Part shown: piece by piece, positions 20,940 to 29,333 of the stretch
Layout: every line of letters starts with the position of its first letter
How positions within the stretch are numbered: position 1 is the stretch's first letter
NCBI GenBank assembly: GCA_902541365.1
Contig: CACBQK010000001.1
Span: 165,851 to 229,850, forward strand
DNA: 64,000 bases
Direction: 5' to 3'
DNA from: an uncultured SAR86 cluster bacterium
GTDB taxonomy: Bacteria > Pseudomonadota > Gammaproteobacteria > Magnimaribacterales > D2472
Program-made: the position numbers and the translations under genes
Notes under the pieces: model-generated
Told to the model about the DNA's origin: nothing
The model's database searches: none
The model's input: only the letters and a program-made list of their open reading frames with translations

Positions 20940-21629
20940 TTATCCTCCTATCTTTCTTCTATCTAAATAAATATATGGCGAGTAAACTAAATATATAAAA
21001 AATATAGCTACTGGATATAGTATAAACATATGAACCGGTGGTTCGGGCATTAATGAAAGAATATTATCGCCGTATGGTCTTTCATTAAGATACCAATAAT
21101 TTGCTCCCAAAATATAATTAATGCCATACATAATCGCCAACAGGATTGACGAATAGAATATTAGCTTTGGTATATCTTTTAAATACGGTCGTTGACCTAA
21201 GTTAACAATTGAAAAAACTACTGCAAGCAAAATTAATGAGTGGCCATACATAGTTGCAAAATATTCATAGTGAGGGAAAGCAAACTCAGAGTCGGGAGTT
21301 AATATAGACATACCAGCGCCAGCAATTCCCCAAAAATATGCAAAAATGAATAAAGGTCTAAATCCTGTTAAAAGAAAGGCCGCGATTACAATTGCTGAAA
21401 AGTCGCACAGATGCAAAGGCAGATTTTCTAATAGGTTGCCGCCTTTAATTAAAGTTTCAACGTACGTAGATCTAATTTGGTTCTCGACTAGTAAAAAAAC
21501 TAAAAAATATTTAGAAGAATTTTCTAATCCTGGCTTTGCTTGAATTGCTTTAGGAATAAAAATTATTGCTGCTAGACAAATACAAAAACCCAAAAAGTGA
21601 GATATGGATAGTAATTCAAATTCCTGCAT
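20940..21629 (-). CDS. integral membrane protein (YwaF/TIGR02206-like)
   Basis: 229 aa with about 7 hydrophobic segments. The HLCDFSAIV motif resembles the YwaF family. Function unknown. Confidence 0.4.
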   Translation of the reverse strand: MQEFELLSISHFLGFCICLAAIIFIPKAIQAKPGLENSSKYFLVFLLVENQIRSTYVETLIKGGNLLENLPLHLCDFSAIVIAAFLLTGFRPLFIFAYFWGIAGAGMSILTPDSEFAFPHYEYFATMYGHSLILLAVVFSIVNLGQRPYLKDIPKLIFYSSILLAIMYGINYILGANYWYLNERPYGDNILSLMPEPPVHMFILYPVAIFFIYLVYSPYIYLDRRKIGG

Positions 21630-21654
21630 ATAGGTATAATTTAATTGTGAAAAT

Positions 21655-23115
21655 TTATGAAAATCTTAAACTGTTGTCCTCTATTTTCCCATAATTTATT
21701 TCGAAAATATCTTTCAGATAGTTTTGATTATTAATCCATGGTTTTTTATTTCCTTGCTTGACAGCAATGGAGGCTGCTCTTCTGACATAACCTGATGAGA
21801 AATCATCTAGGAATCCTTTTGTTTCCTCTAAGTCATCAGGAGCTATCGGTAGACATTTAGCATAATTATTATCATCCATAAAATTGATTAATCTACATGC
21901 ATATTTGCTTGTAAGGTCTGCTTTAAGAGTCCAAGATGCATTTATATAGCCAAAAGTATTTATAAAATTTGGTATTTGCGTGTACATCATACTTTTGTAA
22001 ATAAAACTCTTAGAAACATCAACTTCATTACCATCAACAAAAATTCTTATACCTCCAAAGTTTTGAAGTTTAATGCCAGTAGCAGTAACAATAATATCAG
22101 CCTCTATTAGTTTTCCTGATTCAAGCTGAACTCCTTTTTCTGAAAATGAATCAATTATTTCTGTCTCGATGGATACTTTATTTTTTTTGATACTCTCAAA
22201 AAAATCGCCATCTGGTGCCAGGCATAGCCTTTGTTCCCATGGGTTATATGAAGGAGTGAAATGTTTTTCAATATCAAAATCTGGTAGTTCTTTTCTCACA
22301 AGTCCTAATATGTAGTCTTTAACTAGTTTTGGGCTCCTTCTTGCCCTTTTGAAGATTCTTCTTTGTCTAAGAATATTTGTAAGCCTAATTATTTTATGAG
22401 CAAGCTTTGGAGAAATATAATTTAGAAGATGTAAGATTTTATATTCACTTGGATAGGACACAATATATGTCGGTGATCTTTGAATCATAGTTACATGATT
22501 AGCTTTTTTTGCAATTTCTGGCACGATAGTAACTGCCGTGGCCCCACTTCCAATGACTGCAACCGTTTTATTCTCATAATCGATTGAGCTATCCCATTCT
22601 TGAGGATGAATAATTTGTCCTGTGAAATCTTCTGAACCTTTAAAAAAAGGCTTATGACCACTTTCATAACTATAATATCCAGCGCACATTTGAATAAACT
22701 TAGTTCTTATTACCTCTAATTTATTCAACTTTTTATTTTTAACATTTAGCTCCCATAACGAATCTTCAGAATTCCAAGAAGCTGATTCAATATGCATGTT
22801 GAATTTGATAATATTTTTAAGACTATTTTCTTCAATAGTTTCATTCAAATAGCCCATAATTGAAGGCCCATCTGCAATAAACTTTTTACTATTCCATGGC
22901 TTGAATGAAAATCCCATAGTGTGCATATCAGTATCAGCTCGAATACCAGGATATTTAAACAAATCCCATGTTCCTCCAAAGTTATCTCTACCTTCAAGAA
23001 CTAAAAAATCTGCTTTGGGACTATACTTTTTTAGATGATAGGCAGCACTAACGCCCGAAATACCTGCTCCAACAACAATCGTATCGTAAATTTTATTTTC
23101 GAGCTGTGTATTCAT
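21655..23115 (-). CDS. type I Baeyer-Villiger / flavin-containing monooxygenase
   Basis: FAD site VGAGISGVSAA, then FGGTW. BVMO fingerprint FxGxxxHxxxW(D) seen as FTGQIIHPQEWD. NADP site VIGSGATAV. Confidence 0.8.
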   Translation of the reverse strand: MNTQLENKIYDTIVVGAGISGVSAAYHLKKYSPKADFLVLEGRDNFGGTWDLFKYPGIRADTDMHTMGFSFKPWNSKKFIADGPSIMGYLNETIEENSLKNIIKFNMHIESASWNSEDSLWELNVKNKKLNKLEVIRTKFIQMCAGYYSYESGHKPFFKGSEDFTGQIIHPQEWDSSIDYENKTVAVIGSGATAVTIVPEIAKKANHVTMIQRSPTYIVSYPSEYKILHLLNYISPKLAHKIIRLTNILRQRRIFKRARRSPKLVKDYILGLVRKELPDFDIEKHFTPSYNPWEQRLCLAPDGDFFESIKKNKVSIETEIIDSFSEKGVQLESGKLIEADIIVTATGIKLQNFGGIRIFVDGNEVDVSKSFIYKSMMYTQIPNFINTFGYINASWTLKADLTSKYACRLINFMDDNNYAKCLPIAPDDLEETKGFLDDFSSGYVRRAASIAVKQGNKKPWINNQNYLKDIFEINYGKIEDNSLRFS

Positions 23116-24326
23116 TAAGTTTTCTTCTTATCAAATATATTCTTAACTTTTTTATCTTTATTTTCTAAAAGTTCTTCATTTATTTTCACTATTTCATCTG
23201 AGTCTGGTTCAGCCTCTAAGCGCGATACAGGAATTGCATTTCTAATCTTCTCTGCACTATCGATAAGACATATTTCTGACTCAGCAAGCGGACCAGAGGT
23301 GTATGCAGATGTTTCCATTCCCTCCTGGACAAAATTAATAAGTTCCGTATCTTCTGCATTCACTTCGCGATTAATTCTCCAATTTAAATATCTTGCTGCT
23401 TTCATCTCCCTTCTTTCATCTGGCAACGCATATGGTATTTCTCTAATTAGAGTTTTGCGAGAGTTGATTGGTATAAACTGCATAAAATCCATCTGATCTG
23501 GATAAATATCAAATGCTAGATTGGGCCACAACCTATAATAAGACCAATGCATTTGCTTATTTTTAGGTAAATGTTTAGATTGTGGTAATAATTTTTTATA
23601 AAGGTCATTGGACAAATTTTTCTTTCTTGTTTTATTAAGATCGCCCCACATTTTATGTATATATCCTCCGTCCTCAGATAATTCAATTCCATAACTATTG
23701 CCTACTAAACCGGATAAACCAGGATGAGCAACGGGTATATGCAAAGCATCAACATAATTATCAGCAACCTGCTTCCAGTTAACATCTCTAGGCCTCATTG
23801 TTACCCTTCCTAAGGGTTTTATATCTTCTAATTTATACAAAGATAGTTCATCTAAATAAGGTTTGAATTGATCTGCTACGCTTGGTGCTGAACTTGGATT
23901 TATCTTCGCAAAAATAAATCCTAAAAAGATTTCCATTTGCACCGGCTTTAAGTTGTGATCCTCTTTATCAAAGTTCTTAAATTGCTCTTCATGAGGGACA
24001 GATTTAAGGTTTCCAGATAGATCATAACTCCATGCATGATAAGGACATCTAATTCTTTTACCGCAATTCCCATCATCCTCTAAAAGCTTTGTTGCCCTGT
24101 GAGAGCAAACATTATGAAAAACATTTATACTATCGTTCTCATTTCTTACAGCCACCAGTCTTTCATTAAAGAAATTGAAAGTAAAATAATCTCCTGAATT
24201 AGGAATATTCGAAGAGTGACATATCAGCTGCCAGTTATTCAGGAATAAGTGTCTTTTTTCAAGCTCAAGAAATGCATCGCTTGTATATGTCCAAGCTGGC
24301 AAAGTTTGATGGCTTTTGGAAATCAT
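23115..24326 (-). CDS. Rieske [2Fe-2S] non-haem iron oxygenase, alpha (catalytic) subunit
   Basis: Rieske ligands CSHRATKL...CPYHAWSY. Mononuclear iron motif DNYVDALHIPVAH. No beta subunit or reductase is adjacent. Confidence 0.8.
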   Translation of the reverse strand: MISKSHQTLPAWTYTSDAFLELEKRHLFLNNWQLICHSSNIPNSGDYFTFNFFNERLVAVRNENDSINVFHNVCSHRATKLLEDDGNCGKRIRCPYHAWSYDLSGNLKSVPHEEQFKNFDKEDHNLKPVQMEIFLGFIFAKINPSSAPSVADQFKPYLDELSLYKLEDIKPLGRVTMRPRDVNWKQVADNYVDALHIPVAHPGLSGLVGNSYGIELSEDGGYIHKMWGDLNKTRKKNLSNDLYKKLLPQSKHLPKNKQMHWSYYRLWPNLAFDIYPDQMDFMQFIPINSRKTLIREIPYALPDERREMKAARYLNWRINREVNAEDTELINFVQEGMETSAYTSGPLAESEICLIDSAEKIRNAIPVSRLEAEPDSDEIVKINEELLENKDKKVKNIFDKKKT

Positions 24327-24366
24327 AGTTCTATATTTTATACCACAAGTAAAAAAGTATATTTAA

Positions 24367-25017
24367 TCAATTCTCCAGTGATTTGAATACTTTAAAAGCA
24401 AATATTGCTCCCAGAATTTGGAAAAATATAAAGCAGGCCGCATCAAGATAAAAAATGCCAGTAAATGTATCAGTAAAAATCCTAGCAAACGTAACGGCAG
24501 GATTTGCAAAAGAAGTTGATGATGTAAACCAATATCCTGCAGAGATATATAACCCAACTGAGGGAGCAACTAAATCGCTATTTAATCTTAAAGTTCCAAG
24601 AATTATCATTAATAAACCAAAAGTAGCTATTGATTCTGATAGAAAGATTTTAATGCCAGACCTGCTATTTTGTGAAAGCTGAAATGCATCTAAATCAAAC
24701 ATTAGGTTTGCCAACATCACTCCGATAAACCCTCCAATAAGCTGAGCAGGGATAAAGTTACATAGCTCAAATAATGAGATATCTTTCCTTAGGAACATGA
24801 CCAAGCTTACGCATGGATTAAAATGAGCTCCAGATATCTTAATAAACGTCCAAATTAGTGCAGTTAGTCCCGCTCCAGTTGCTATTGTATTTGCTAGAAG
24901 TATCATTGATGTCTCATTAGACAAGTTACTTGCCATAATTCCTGATCCAACGACAACCATTACTAGAAAACTGGTACCAATAAGTTCAGAAAGAAATTTG
25001 GAGTTAACAAAACTCAT
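24367..25017 (-). CDS. MIP-family channel (aquaporin/aquaglyceroporin-like)
   Basis: 216 aa with six TM segments. The first box is SGAHFNPCVS (NPC instead of NPA). The second box is FANPAVTFAR. Confidence 0.8.
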   Translation of the reverse strand: MSFVNSKFLSELIGTSFLVMVVVGSGIMASNLSNETSMILLANTIATGAGLTALIWTFIKISGAHFNPCVSLVMFLRKDISLFELCNFIPAQLIGGFIGVMLANLMFDLDAFQLSQNSRSGIKIFLSESIATFGLLMIILGTLRLNSDLVAPSVGLYISAGYWFTSSTSFANPAVTFARIFTDTFTGIFYLDAACFIFFQILGAIFAFKVFKSLEN

Positions 25018-25679
25018 CTAGATTTATAGTCAACTTTAAAAAATAGCATTATTCCTGAGATAGAGCTTACTAAAGCTAAGATAGAAAAGATTTGAAGGAA
25101 AATATTATTTATCTTATCTCTTGTTTGCCAATCCATAATATGAAATCCCCACATTAAGTCCCAGATTCTCCACTGAAGTGATCTTACTGCAGTTATTTCA
25201 CCAGAGAAAACATTTAAATATAAATTAATCTTCTTATCTTTATCATTTAGAGAGGTTACTTTGTATAAAGGAAGATCTCTACCTCTAAACTCTGAGCCTC
25301 TTGAAGATTCTGTAATTTCCTCTAAATCTATTGGCTTGAGTGTTGAAGATGAGCTAACTATTTCAAAAATTTCACTTTTATTTAGCTTGTTAACAGGTGT
25401 ACCAAAAGCATCAAGATACTCGATGCCATTACTTCCCCTCAAAACAAAAATAACTTCATCCAGTCTGTTTATTGCCTTTACATGCTGCACATCAGACCTT
25501 GAGAACTTTACCTCATCAAAATTAATTGGAAAGCTTTCTGTTAATCTGTATTGCTCCCCTCTCACAAGCTCAATCTTATTGAACGCAAAATATATACCTG
25601 AAACAGTCCATAAGAATAATTGAACTGAAATAAAAAAACTCAAGTATTTGTGAGTATTTCTGACTATGTTTCTCATCAC
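25014..25679 (-). CDS. PepSY-type membrane protein
   Basis: 221 aa. N- and C-terminal TM helices flank a soluble domain. The N-terminus RNTHKYLSFFISVQLFLWTVSG resembles PepSY-associated TM proteins. 4-nt overlap with the MIP gene. Confidence 0.4.
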   Translation of the reverse strand: MMRNIVRNTHKYLSFFISVQLFLWTVSGIYFAFNKIELVRGEQYRLTESFPINFDEVKFSRSDVQHVKAINRLDEVIFVLRGSNGIEYLDAFGTPVNKLNKSEIFEIVSSSSTLKPIDLEEITESSRGSEFRGRDLPLYKVTSLNDKDKKINLYLNVFSGEITAVRSLQWRIWDLMWGFHIMDWQTRDKINNIFLQIFSILALVSSISGIMLFFKVDYKSR

Positions 25680-25719
25680 TTAAATTTAAATTGTATTTAG
25701 GATAAAAGTTTATATTATA

Positions 25720-25740
25720 ATATACCCCCTATGGGTATAT
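25720..25740 (+). promoter_or_regulatory. putative CsoR/RcnR-family operator (8-bp inverted arms ATATACCC / GGGTATAT around a 5-nt core)
   Basis: The sequence aTATACCCCCTATGGGTATAt is a G/C-tract palindrome in otherwise AT-rich DNA. It sits directly after a TATAAT (25716-25721) and covers the ATG at 25731 of an operon whose last gene is a CsoR-like repressor. Confidence 0.5.
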
Positions 25741-26330
25741 TTAAGATCTTTTTAGTACTATTTATCTCGTTTGGTCTAGAGGCTAGGCCAATATCGTATT
25801 CAGGTGGCTCTACTTTAATGGCGTTTTCAGACAATATTAAAGACTCGCTCTATTATCATTATTCGCCAACTTACAAATATTCAATTGGTATCGAGGCTAT
25901 CAATAATAAATATTTTGAAAAAGATTTCTCTTATTTAAGATTTACTTATTTATTAAATAGAAAAAATACTGATATTTCCCAAAGGAATCTCTATTTTCAG
26001 TCAGGCATCAATCCTGAACGACTTTCAGAAAATTTTATTGGCATGCATGGAGATTGGGAAACAAGAAGATGGTTTACAGGATTTGGATATAAGAGTGTTC
26101 AAAATAATATCAAGGACTACTCTGATCAATATATTCAAGTCGGATTTGCACCATATTTAGGAGAGTATGGTGATTTGCATACATGGGTTATGCTTAAAAG
26201 TAAAAAAAATTCTCTTCTGGAAGGCAATTCAACTTATCCAGTTTTAAAATTTTTTAAAGGAAACTTTCTCATGGAGTTTGGTTATAATGACAAAACTGAA
26301 TGGGATACTCATATTATGTATAGATTTTAG
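25731..26330 (+). CDS. secreted protein, probable small outer-membrane beta-barrel
   Basis: Signal peptide MGIFKIFLVLFISFGLEA. Alternating amphipathic strands and an aromatic C-terminus ...HIMYRF. No family recognised. Confidence 0.35.
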   Translation: MGIFKIFLVLFISFGLEARPISYSGGSTLMAFSDNIKDSLYYHYSPTYKYSIGIEAINNKYFEKDFSYLRFTYLLNRKNTDISQRNLYFQSGINPERLSENFIGMHGDWETRRWFTGFGYKSVQNNIKDYSDQYIQVGFAPYLGEYGDLHTWVMLKSKKNSLLEGNSTYPVLKFFKGNFLMEFGYNDKTEWDTHIMYRF

Positions 26331-26338
26331 GAGATACT

Positions 26339-26740
26339 ATGAAACGTGAATTATTATTATTTTGTTTAGCGCCAGTATTTTTTTTAACGGCGTCGGCTGA
26401 TGATGGAATGCATAATCATGACAGTCATTTACATCAAAAGCTAGTTGATGGTGAAAATCTTGAGGTAGATCCAGAGAGATATAAGAAATTTCTCAGTGGA
26501 TTAACTGATTCTCAGGTAGCTGTTGTGAGTGTTAAGGGTATGGTCTGTGACTTTTGTGCAAGAGGGATTGAAAAGACTTTCATCAAAGACAAAACTGTAA
26601 AAAAGATAGATGTTGATTTGAATCAAGGGAAAGTTTTAATTGCTTATGAAATGGGCAGAAAAATTGATTTTGAGGAAATAAAAGCAAAAATAGTCATGAA
26701 TGGTCAAAATGCTACCGCAATGAAGGTCTTGAAAATCTAA
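26339..26740 (+). CDS. periplasmic heavy-metal-associated (HMA) domain protein, MerP/CopZ-like
   Basis: Signal peptide, His-rich stretch MHNHDSHLH, and an HMA fold with metal site GMVCDFCARGIE. Confidence 0.75.
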   Translation: MKRELLLFCLAPVFFLTASADDGMHNHDSHLHQKLVDGENLEVDPERYKKFLSGLTDSQVAVVSVKGMVCDFCARGIEKTFIKDKTVKKIDVDLNQGKVLIAYEMGRKIDFEEIKAKIVMNGQNATAMKVLKI

Positions 26741-26748
26741 AATATTAA

Positions 26749-27114
26749 ATGGATGACAAGTCAGCAAATTTTTTATCGCTTTTTGCGTCATCGTCTACAT
26801 TAATATGCTGTGCTCTTCCATCAATGTTTGTTCTGCTTGGGGCTGGCGCAACATTTGCTAGCATTATAACTATCTTTCCATTCTTAATAGTTTTATCGCA
26901 ATACAAAATATGGATAACCTCATTTGCACTAATAATGTTGGCATTTGCAGGATATGTAAATTATAAAACCTATAATATGCCCTGTCCGGCTGATCCTGAG
27001 CTGGGAAGATTGTGTGCAGAATCTAGAAAGAGATCACGCTATATCTATTATTTTTCAGCTGTCTTATTTTTATTAGCAACTATCTTCACTTATGTTATTC
27101 CTAGATTTATCTAA
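26749..27114 (+). CDS. MerT-like small inner-membrane metal transport protein
   Basis: 121 aa with three TM segments. Vicinal cysteines in TM1 (TLICCALP). A second cysteine pair CPADPELGRLC lies in the loop before the last TM, and the C-terminus is YVIPRFI. Size and layout match MerT of Tn501 as I remember it. Confidence 0.55.
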   Translation: MDDKSANFLSLFASSSTLICCALPSMFVLLGAGATFASIITIFPFLIVLSQYKIWITSFALIMLAFAGYVNYKTYNMPCPADPELGRLCAESRKRSRYIYYFSAVLFLLATIFTYVIPRFI

Positions 27115-27374
27115 TGAGTCATCCTAATCATAAGAAACATATCGCAAGTCTCAAAAGAATAGAGGGACAAGTCAGCGGCATCATTAAAATGGTAGAAAGT
27201 GAAAAGTATTGCATTGATATATTGAACCAAGTGAAAGCAGTAAAAAATTCAATTTCATCTGTTGAAAGAAAAATCCTTGAGACCCATTTAAGTGCATGCG
27301 TAAAAAGCTCTCTTGAAGGATCAAAAGACTATGAGAAAAAAGTTAACGAGCTTTTAAAAGTTTTAAAAAGATAA
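27114..27374 (+). CDS. CsoR/RcnR/InrS-family metal-sensing transcriptional repressor (DUF156)
   Basis: 86 aa. LKRIEGQVSGIIKMVESEKYCIDILNQV. Ligand positions C33, H58 and C62 have the same spacing as C36/H61/C65 of M. tuberculosis CsoR. H3 is also present. Confidence 0.85.
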   Translation: MSHPNHKKHIASLKRIEGQVSGIIKMVESEKYCIDILNQVKAVKNSISSVERKILETHLSACVKSSLEGSKDYEKKVNELLKVLKR

Positions 27375-27375
27375 T

Positions 27376-27918
27376 TTAGTAGGAAACTAAAGTCTCAATA
27401 TTATATCCTTGTTCTTTAATTAAATTACTGCCACCAAGTTCTGGCAGATCAATAATACATAAAATTAATATATCCGATTTCTGAACATTGAAATTTTCAG
27501 TAAGAAGTTCTGCACATGCTATTGCAGTTCCGCCAGTAGCAACTAAATCATCAATAATTACGACGCGCTGTCCTTTTTCGATATTTGTATTTTTCTGAAT
27601 TTCTATCGAAGTGCTTCCATATTCAAGATCAAAACTCTTTACATATGTTTCATTGGGTAACTTGCCCGGTTTTCTTGCTAAAACAAATGGAAGTAAAAGG
27701 TCGGTTGAAACGGAACCAGCAAAGATAAATCCCCTACTTTCAATACTTACAATTAAATCTGCATTGAAGCTTTCTGTCATCTTTGTTAATTCTTTGCAGG
27801 TCTTTCTAAATGGTTCAGGTGTTTCAATTAAGCTTGTTATGTCCCTAAACTTTATCCCTGGAATTGGAAAATCTTCTACATCTCGAATATGTTTTTTTAA
27901 GTCTAATTTATCACTCAT
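27376..27918 (-). CDS. apt: adenine phosphoribosyltransferase
   Basis: 180 aa. FPIPGIKFRDIT and the PRPP-binding loop VVIIDDLVATGGTA. Confidence 0.9.
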   Translation of the reverse strand: MSDKLDLKKHIRDVEDFPIPGIKFRDITSLIETPEPFRKTCKELTKMTESFNADLIVSIESRGFIFAGSVSTDLLLPFVLARKPGKLPNETYVKSFDLEYGSTSIEIQKNTNIEKGQRVVIIDDLVATGGTAIACAELLTENFNVQKSDILILCIIDLPELGGSNLIKEQGYNIETLVSY

Positions 27919-27952
27919 TTTTTTCCTCTTTTAAGATATTTTATCAAACATC

Positions 27953-29305
27953 CTAAAAATTAGCGCTTATATCAATTACGATTAAAACAGCAATTGAAAG
28001 TTGAAATAGCAAGCTTAGCCAAAGGATTAATTTAATGAATAGGCTTGGCTGTAATTCTTTTTGAAGTTTATTTGATAGATAAATTGCCCCTATATTCACA
28101 ATGGGTAATCCCATTGCAGCCCAAATACCTGCAATTAATAAAAGAGTTATTGGGTTTGGTAATAAAAAGTAGAAAACTCCTGAAAAAAATGGCACTAAAA
28201 ACGCGATGAGTTTAATTAATATCTTTCTAGTGTTCTCTTTTTCATAAACAAATCCCATTGAAATTAAATAATCAGAAATTGTTCTCGTAAATGCAGCTGT
28301 TCCTGACAAAAGGGTGGAGTAAAGAATGAAAAATGCAAGCACTATAAAAAGCCATTTTGCCCAGTCTCCTAGAACAAGGGAAAACATATTTTGAAGCGCC
28401 CCGATGATATCAACATCCCAAAATGATTGTGTTGCCAAAGATTCCTGAAGTTGGGGCAAAGTATTTAAAACTCCAGCGCCAAGAAAGAAAAAAGGTAGTG
28501 TCCCAATAGTAATAAAAAAGATAGTTACCCAAACATCGGTTTGCATTGTTCGAATCCAATTTTTAGTCTCTTGAATATCCTCAGCATCTCCCTGAGCATA
28601 ACCTTTCTCAAGACACCAATAGGTATAAGCCATTATTTCTCCATAACTTATTCCTGTGAATCCAAAAACTGCCAAAGCTAAAGGCAAATATTCAAAAGGA
28701 AGAGAGAAATTTAGACCTGAAAAAACTTGAGCAGAGTTGAGCTCATAACTGGTTGACTGCATAGAAAAAGCAATAATTAAAGTAATCAGAGAAAATACTA
28801 AAACCATCCCAAGAAGAATATTTTCAAGGATCGAGTAAGAGCCTCTAATTAATATTAGCCAGGTAATTGAGCATGATAAAACAACCCATAACTCAATATT
28901 TATAGAGGGAAATAAATTTGTTCCTGCCTCTGCAACTGCACCAACTAATCCTCCCATACCTATGATTGCAGGCAAAACTCCCAAAAACATAAACCAAACT
29001 AACCAAGAGGTCGTTTTTCCATTTATATTTGTCTTTGGACCTGGAATTTCTGCAAAAGCTTCAAGAAAAGTTTTTTTTGTAACTACAACATATCTGCTTA
29101 TCTCAGCTTGAATAATTGGCTTTGTCCATATACTTAAAAGAAGCCACCATAAAAGAGTAAATCCTGCTGCTGCTCCTAAGAGAGGAGTCATGACTATTGA
29201 ACCACTACCAACAACACTTCCAGTAACTATGGCGCTAGGTCCAACAAATTTTAATCTATCAATTACTTTACGTGGTGCTTTATGTTGAGAAATCTTTTCT
29301 TTCAA
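27953..29305 (-). CDS. Nramp-related membrane transporter (divergent)
   Basis: 450 aa with about 11 TM segments. The N-terminal segment GPSAIVTGSVVGSGSIVMTPLLGAAAGFTLLWWLLLS aligns with Nramp TM1-2, but the DPGN metal motif is replaced by GSGS. Confidence 0.45.
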   Translation of the reverse strand: MKEKISQHKAPRKVIDRLKFVGPSAIVTGSVVGSGSIVMTPLLGAAAGFTLLWWLLLSIWTKPIIQAEISRYVVVTKKTFLEAFAEIPGPKTNINGKTTSWLVWFMFLGVLPAIIGMGGLVGAVAEAGTNLFPSINIELWVVLSCSITWLILIRGSYSILENILLGMVLVFSLITLIIAFSMQSTSYELNSAQVFSGLNFSLPFEYLPLALAVFGFTGISYGEIMAYTYWCLEKGYAQGDAEDIQETKNWIRTMQTDVWVTIFFITIGTLPFFFLGAGVLNTLPQLQESLATQSFWDVDIIGALQNMFSLVLGDWAKWLFIVLAFFILYSTLLSGTAAFTRTISDYLISMGFVYEKENTRKILIKLIAFLVPFFSGVFYFLLPNPITLLLIAGIWAAMGLPIVNIGAIYLSNKLQKELQPSLFIKLILWLSLLFQLSIAVLIVIDISANF

Positions 29306-29333
29306 ATGTATTTAGTGAAAATCTTTTTGAACC

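Noticed and set aside
25731-27374. Annotation as a genuine mercury-resistance (mer) operon
   Set aside because: Only MerP-like and MerT-like parts are present. There is no MerA reductase or MerR, and the regulator is CsoR/RcnR-type. It is therefore reported as an atypical metal module rather than Hg resistance.
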